Positions 59,155-64,000 of a DNA stretch of 64,000 nucleotides are shown here, one piece after another. The notes beneath the pieces are model-generated. The model was given only the letters and a program-made list of their open reading frames with translations, was not told where the DNA came from and made no database searches. The stretch lies in the NCBI RefSeq assembly GCF_052425735.1, contig NC_135758.1:806001-870000 (forward strand). Direction: 5' to 3'. The translations under genes and the position numbers were made by a program. Positions within the stretch are counted from its first letter, which is position 1. Each line of letters starts with the position of its first letter. The DNA is from Oculina patagonica (Eukaryota).

Positions 59155-62100
59155 TTACAATTCATCTTTGACTTCCTTGGCTTTTTGCTCGGGTTGCTGC
59201 TCTTTAGCTGCATCTAAGAACAGGTCCACGTGGTTTTCAATCTCATCTTGGCTTAAGGTGCCGTCCTGCGTAAAAAAGCGTTTGAATCTTAGACAAATGT
59301 ACATAAGACGTGAAATTAGTTCAATTATAATATATACTGAGGGAGGCGCGGTGGCCTAATGGTTAGTGCGCTGGAATCCGAATCGAGCGGTCCGGGTTTG
59401 AGCCCTGACCGGAGTCGTTGTGTTGTGTTCTTAGGCAAGACACTTTTCTCTCAGAGTGCCTCTCCCACCCACTGAGGGCAACCCTGCGATGGACTAGCAT
59501 CCCATCCAGTAGCCGTGGGGAGGAGTGAAACACGATCGCCCCTAAGAACGACTGCGTGGGAGGCTACCCATCCAGGGGGAGTAGAAATACTCCTACTCAC
59601 TTCATCGACTTCGTAAAACCGGGATAAGCTTCGGCCTAATGGGCCACTAGGCCCGTATGCATACTTTTTTTTAACAATATACACTTTGGGATAACTAGGC
59701 TAGTTTCTGAACTTTAGACTTTCTGTCCTTTCGTTTAGCTGTTCATGTGGTTGTTTGCTTTTTTATCATTTACGATAACTCCACCGTACGCTTGTTCTTC
59801 TTTAGATGGAATGCTCTCCGTAACAGTTTAACTTTATGTTCTAGAGGCCCTACCTTATTGTCGTCCGCCTTTTTAATATATCTTTCGGCTTCTTTCTTCG
59901 CTAGAGAAGCGGTATTTATTGACTTAAGCCATAGCTTCATTTCCTCCTGAAAAGAACCATTGTGAAGAGAATGCAATTACTGAAATGTCGAAGTTATAAA
60001 ATATCCCCCATAGAACGCTTGCTTTGATTGGCTAATCTGAATGCGAAAACAAATACCGAGATGATCGAAGTTAGTCCAAAGAAACCAAACCAGAAAACCC
60101 GAACGGCTTCCGAGGGTACCCGAAGCATCCCGAAGGTTTTTGAAGACCAGCCAAGGATTGTGGAACATTCTGAACTGGCCTTTTTTGTTTTGAACACTTT
60201 CGGAAATCTTTAAAAACTCGATTATCTTCAGGTGAAACTTTCTATCTTTCACTACACTCTTCACTACACTCTACACTCTTTCACTACACTCTTCTTTAGG
60301 TGTTAACAAAAACTCACTCGATCAATGTTGCCATCTTGGTTTTTATCCTGCTGTTTAAAAAATTTATCTGCGGCTTTTTCATTCTCTTTACCACCCTTGA
60401 ACATCCTCTCTACAAAAAGAAACATTAATACGAGTTAGATCCATCTGTGAGCGTACTAAAACTATCTTTCAATCAAGTCCATTTGATTGCACATTCCCGG
60501 AGGCTTATTTTGTGGTTCATCAAACCAAACTGGAAGAAAAGTCCGTGCGTCTTGTTGTCTCAGTTGAAGCCGGGGGCGTTTAAAAAATTTCGTTACTACA
60601 ATAATTTTGCTGCACTCTTATTTACTGCTTGGAGAGGAGGCTAAATCGTACTAGTACTGCAATCTTGGAATATTTTCATCGACTTTTAGTCGATATTTTG
60701 TTTGCGACATGTCCTTGCATTCTTACAGGAAGATAAATTCCATTTAGATGTCACGTTTGAAGCAATAAGCTGCTTTATCAATACTAAAAATGCCGGAAGT
60801 AATCGCTACCTACTTTTATACTCTTCAATTGTTAGACGCCCATCTTTGTCGGTGTCCGCCATTTCTATATATTCCTGCATGTTAGAAAAAAACACACTTT
60901 GACAAATATTCATTAGATCATGCTAAAGGAGCATTAAATAACAGGGGATCAGCGAACACAGAAATCATTGACGCATTCGGGAATATGGGGGATTATTTTA
61001 TGGGAACGAAGGGAACTTTACCCTCCCCACGCCCTCCCCTTTCTTCTCCCTAGGAGAGCATCATATTTCGTCCAATGAAACTTGTTAGTTGAAAGCGCGA
61101 AGGGAAATACTGAAATTACAGACAGAATCTAAAAGAGAAAGGACGGACTCTTACATCAACAATCACATCAAGCATGTGTGCCTTTTCTTCCGGGTGGAAC
61201 ATAGAATTGATTTCATCCTGTGACAGTAATTCGTCTTTATCAGTATCTGCATGATTAAATCTTCTTTTCTTTTGTTCTTCTGTGAGGCCTGTGATAAAGA
61301 ATGAAACAAAAGTTATTCTGTATATGAGTTATCGTGGGAGGCGCGGTGGCCTGATGGTTAGTGCGTTGAATTGGACTATGGATCGAGCGTTCCGGGTTCG
61401 AGTCCTGGCCGGGGTCACTGTGTTGAGTTCCTGGGCAAGACACTTTACTCTCATAGTGCCGTTGCCTTCCCAGGTTACCCTGCGATGGTCTAGTATCCCA
61501 TCTAGGGAAGAGTATAAATATTCTAACAGTCCGTTTTATGCGACGGAACTTTGACCTAATGGGCCTTTACGCTTGAATGCAGACCCTACCTACAACTGTT
61601 ACGAAGTTTCAGTCAGCGCTTGAGTGTTTATCTAATTCAGAAAACTTGCCGTAGGAACTTATTGGACATAAAACCGGTCATGATTTTATTCTGTGGGCTA
61701 ATAAACATCGGACGCAGGGCATGCACTAAACTACAGAGAAATTGCCAAAAAAGGGCGTTTATTGAACAAGACAGTCGGGGGAATAAGTGCCAGTTTTGGC
61801 AAATCTTCGTTAAAGCACTCGAAGAATTTCCGAATTATTTCATCCAATCAAAAACTAGCGCGAGCGCCTCACGAGTACTCCGAAAGTAATCGCGCGTACA
61901 AATTCGTCATGCTACTAAGCAACTTCTGAGACGAAAACCGCGGGCTCAGTCACTTCTCGGAGAAGTGATGTCGCCATCAACTGGCACTTGTTTCCCCGAC
62001 TGAAGAGACGCTTATTTGCAAGAGGAAGTTAGGTGGCGAGGAACTGGGTAGAGTTATTTAAGTACCTCCTACATCTTCTTTACTCTTTAGATATTCTTCC

Positions 62101-62922
62101 CAGGAGACCTTGCCGTCTTCGTTCGTGTCCAGTTTCTTCAATCGCTCTTTGGCTTCTCGTTTGTAAACAGACCTCAAAGATTTTTTCGTCCAAGCAGTAA
62201 GTTCTTCTAATGTAACTTTCCCATCTTTGTCTGTATCTGAGAGTAATATTATCGACCTACGGCGAATACGAAAAGAGGAAAATGTAAGCCTTTAACCTTG
62301 CTGTGTTTGTTTGTTTATCATGACGGTTATCAGGATGTTTAAAATAAAACCTAGTTTTTTTTTATTAATCGCGCGCAGGTTTCTGGCCAAACTATTCTAA
62401 ATGACCGTTTTACCGAAGTCCGTTTTAAAAGCAAAATTTAAATAAACAAGACATCGTGTGAGCCACATTCAACACGTCACGGCGACTGCATAATTCAGTC
62501 AGTTCAAATGTAGAGTGCAAGAAACTTGAAGTTCAAAGCTTTAAGAGATATTAATCATGTACTGAATGAGCTGAAAACTCTTACAAAATATATCGAAATT
62601 AGTCGGGGAACTTTTAACAAAAGTGTACAGAAGTTGATGGTTTTAGTTTTACAATAACTCTACAAATAAATAAACAAACAGATTAAACCTTCGATCTAGG
62701 ATAGTGCAAATATCGGAAAGGGACAAAACAATGCACAATTTCTAACATCTTTTTCTAGATTTAAACTGGTTGTACTTACCCAAACCCTTTCTTTAACATT
62801 TCCTCTGTTGCTTCAGTGCTATCTTCTTTGTGTTCGTTAGATGTATCTTCTGCTGCAAGCACTTTTAAAGTGCAAACGCACAGCAACAATGCAAGACAAT
62901 ACGCGATCAAAACTCGATACAT
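59155..62922 (-). CDS. Calumenin/CREC EF-hand protein B (~274 aa, ends KDEL); exons 62922-62780, 62256-62066, 61288-61155, 60874-60814, 60409-60318, 59946-59854, 59265-59155
   Basis: Signal peptide, DTDKDGKVTLEE, DTNEDGKVSWEE, FHPEE, DTDKDGRLTIEE. Same intron phases as gene A; 825 nt in frame. Confidence 0.9.
59341..59660 (+). mobile_element. tRNA-derived SINE with a nested 57-bp insert (59510-59566)
   Basis: A box TGGCCTAATGG, B box GGTTTGAGCCC, core TTGTGTTCTTAGGCAAGACAC. The insert TAGCC...GGCTA has 9-bp TSD CCCATCCAG. Confidence 0.85.
61336..61585 (+). mobile_element. tRNA-derived SINE, second copy (decayed minus-strand remnant also at ~54825-54970)
   Basis: GGGAGGCGCGGTGGCCTGATGGTTAGTGCG...GGGTTCGAGTCC, homologous to 59341. 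Confidence 0.85.
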
Positions 62923-64000
62923 GTTGAACTTTACGCACGCTTTAGTGAGAGAGCGAGTCCTACTGACGAATGACGAGCTCAACAAAGATGAGAACCGCTT
63001 ATAGATTTACACCTGAAACACGCTTTCCTTTCGTGTTAAGCCACGTTGCTTAACATATCGGCTGATGTGCATTCTACCGTTCAACTCATTTGCAATGTCG
63101 TCAAACATGGTACGCTGTCTAACAAAAGGGTTACATTAAATTAGAACCCCCTTGAGTTGACAGGGGAGTGGGGGAAGGGATTTAACCACGGAATAACGGT
63201 CTTTTGCAACAAATATCTGAGTCACGAATTAAAAAAAAGGACCAAAACATTTTTACCTATTAAAACGTAGCTTACTGTTTTCTGTATCACGATTCAAGTA
63301 AAAAGAAATCATAACATAAATGTTTATTGACTTTCGACAAAAATAGTTCATTTTCTTGCATGTCAATGTGACTCAGAGCGTTGCATGCATGCTCTAACGT
63401 AAACGGAAAATGTAAATTTAAAACAAAAACCCTTTAGTCATTGCAATATCAAGTTCTTTTATGTGAATACAATGCGAAAACCATTCTAGCGTATTACTTC
63501 AACCCTTAACAAAAGCACTTGTTGATATTTCATTATGCGTCTAACATCAAAGATGCTAAATTCGACCACAAGGGTCGGTAAGTGCTCCTAAAAAGGCTCG
63601 TGATTTGTTTTCAGCGATAAGTCGCCGAGAACCGTTTTATTGATTTCTGCGCGATCAGATGAAATTTTCAACACACGGAATACAAATGTTTTCACTATAA
63701 CTCAGTTCAAGCCGTAACTTTGGATGGTCAACAGATTTTATGAACAAAACACAACAATTTGCTAAACTAATACTGTACAACTGAGTCAATATAAGACAAA
63801 ATCATAACGACACGAAAACGAACTGCTTTAAATATGACATAAACAAACAAGCAAACAAACAAACTAATTTACTGACAAACAAATTAAAAAAACCCAGAAT
63901 AATTTACTCAACATTACCACGTGATTCTGACGTCAAGTTTTTACATCGTAACTGCTGGCTAAGAATAATGCTTTCGCAAAAAAGAGAACCTGCCTTCGAA

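Noticed and set aside
59341-59415. tRNA genes at 59341 and 61336
   Set aside because: A/B boxes continue into a shared SINE body; no clean cloverleaf or terminator.

Overview
Eukaryotic, AT-rich, intron-containing animal DNA. The gene and repeat content suggests a cnidarian, probably a stony coral (inference). There are three N-gaps (37657-37860, 42195-42342, 44795-44923). From left to right: (1) two tandem LRRC28-like genes, separated by nested MITEs and a 2.6-kb element carrying a 65-bp satellite plus telomere-like repeats; (2) a tandem array of intronless class-A GPCRs (4 intact, 2 broken); (3) a young ~7-kb IS3EU-like DNA transposon with ~630-bp TIRs; (4) a 5.8-kb nest of two Penelope-like retroelement families plus a 245-bp hammerhead retrozyme dimer; (5) an amine/adenosine-type GPCR; (6) a small RING gene; (7) two 7-exon calumenin/CREC paralogs ending in KEEL and KDEL. 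Top finding: each TIR of the transposon holds an identical 22-codon zinc-ribbon exon. It splices in frame to the DDE transposase from the left arm and to a UIM + HECT E3-ligase-like ORF from the right arm, so the TIRs appear to supply a shared promoter and N-terminus to two convergent genes. Also notable: eight hammerhead motifs, and several unrelated fold-back repeats that share a GA-stem-GNA-stem-GA apex.
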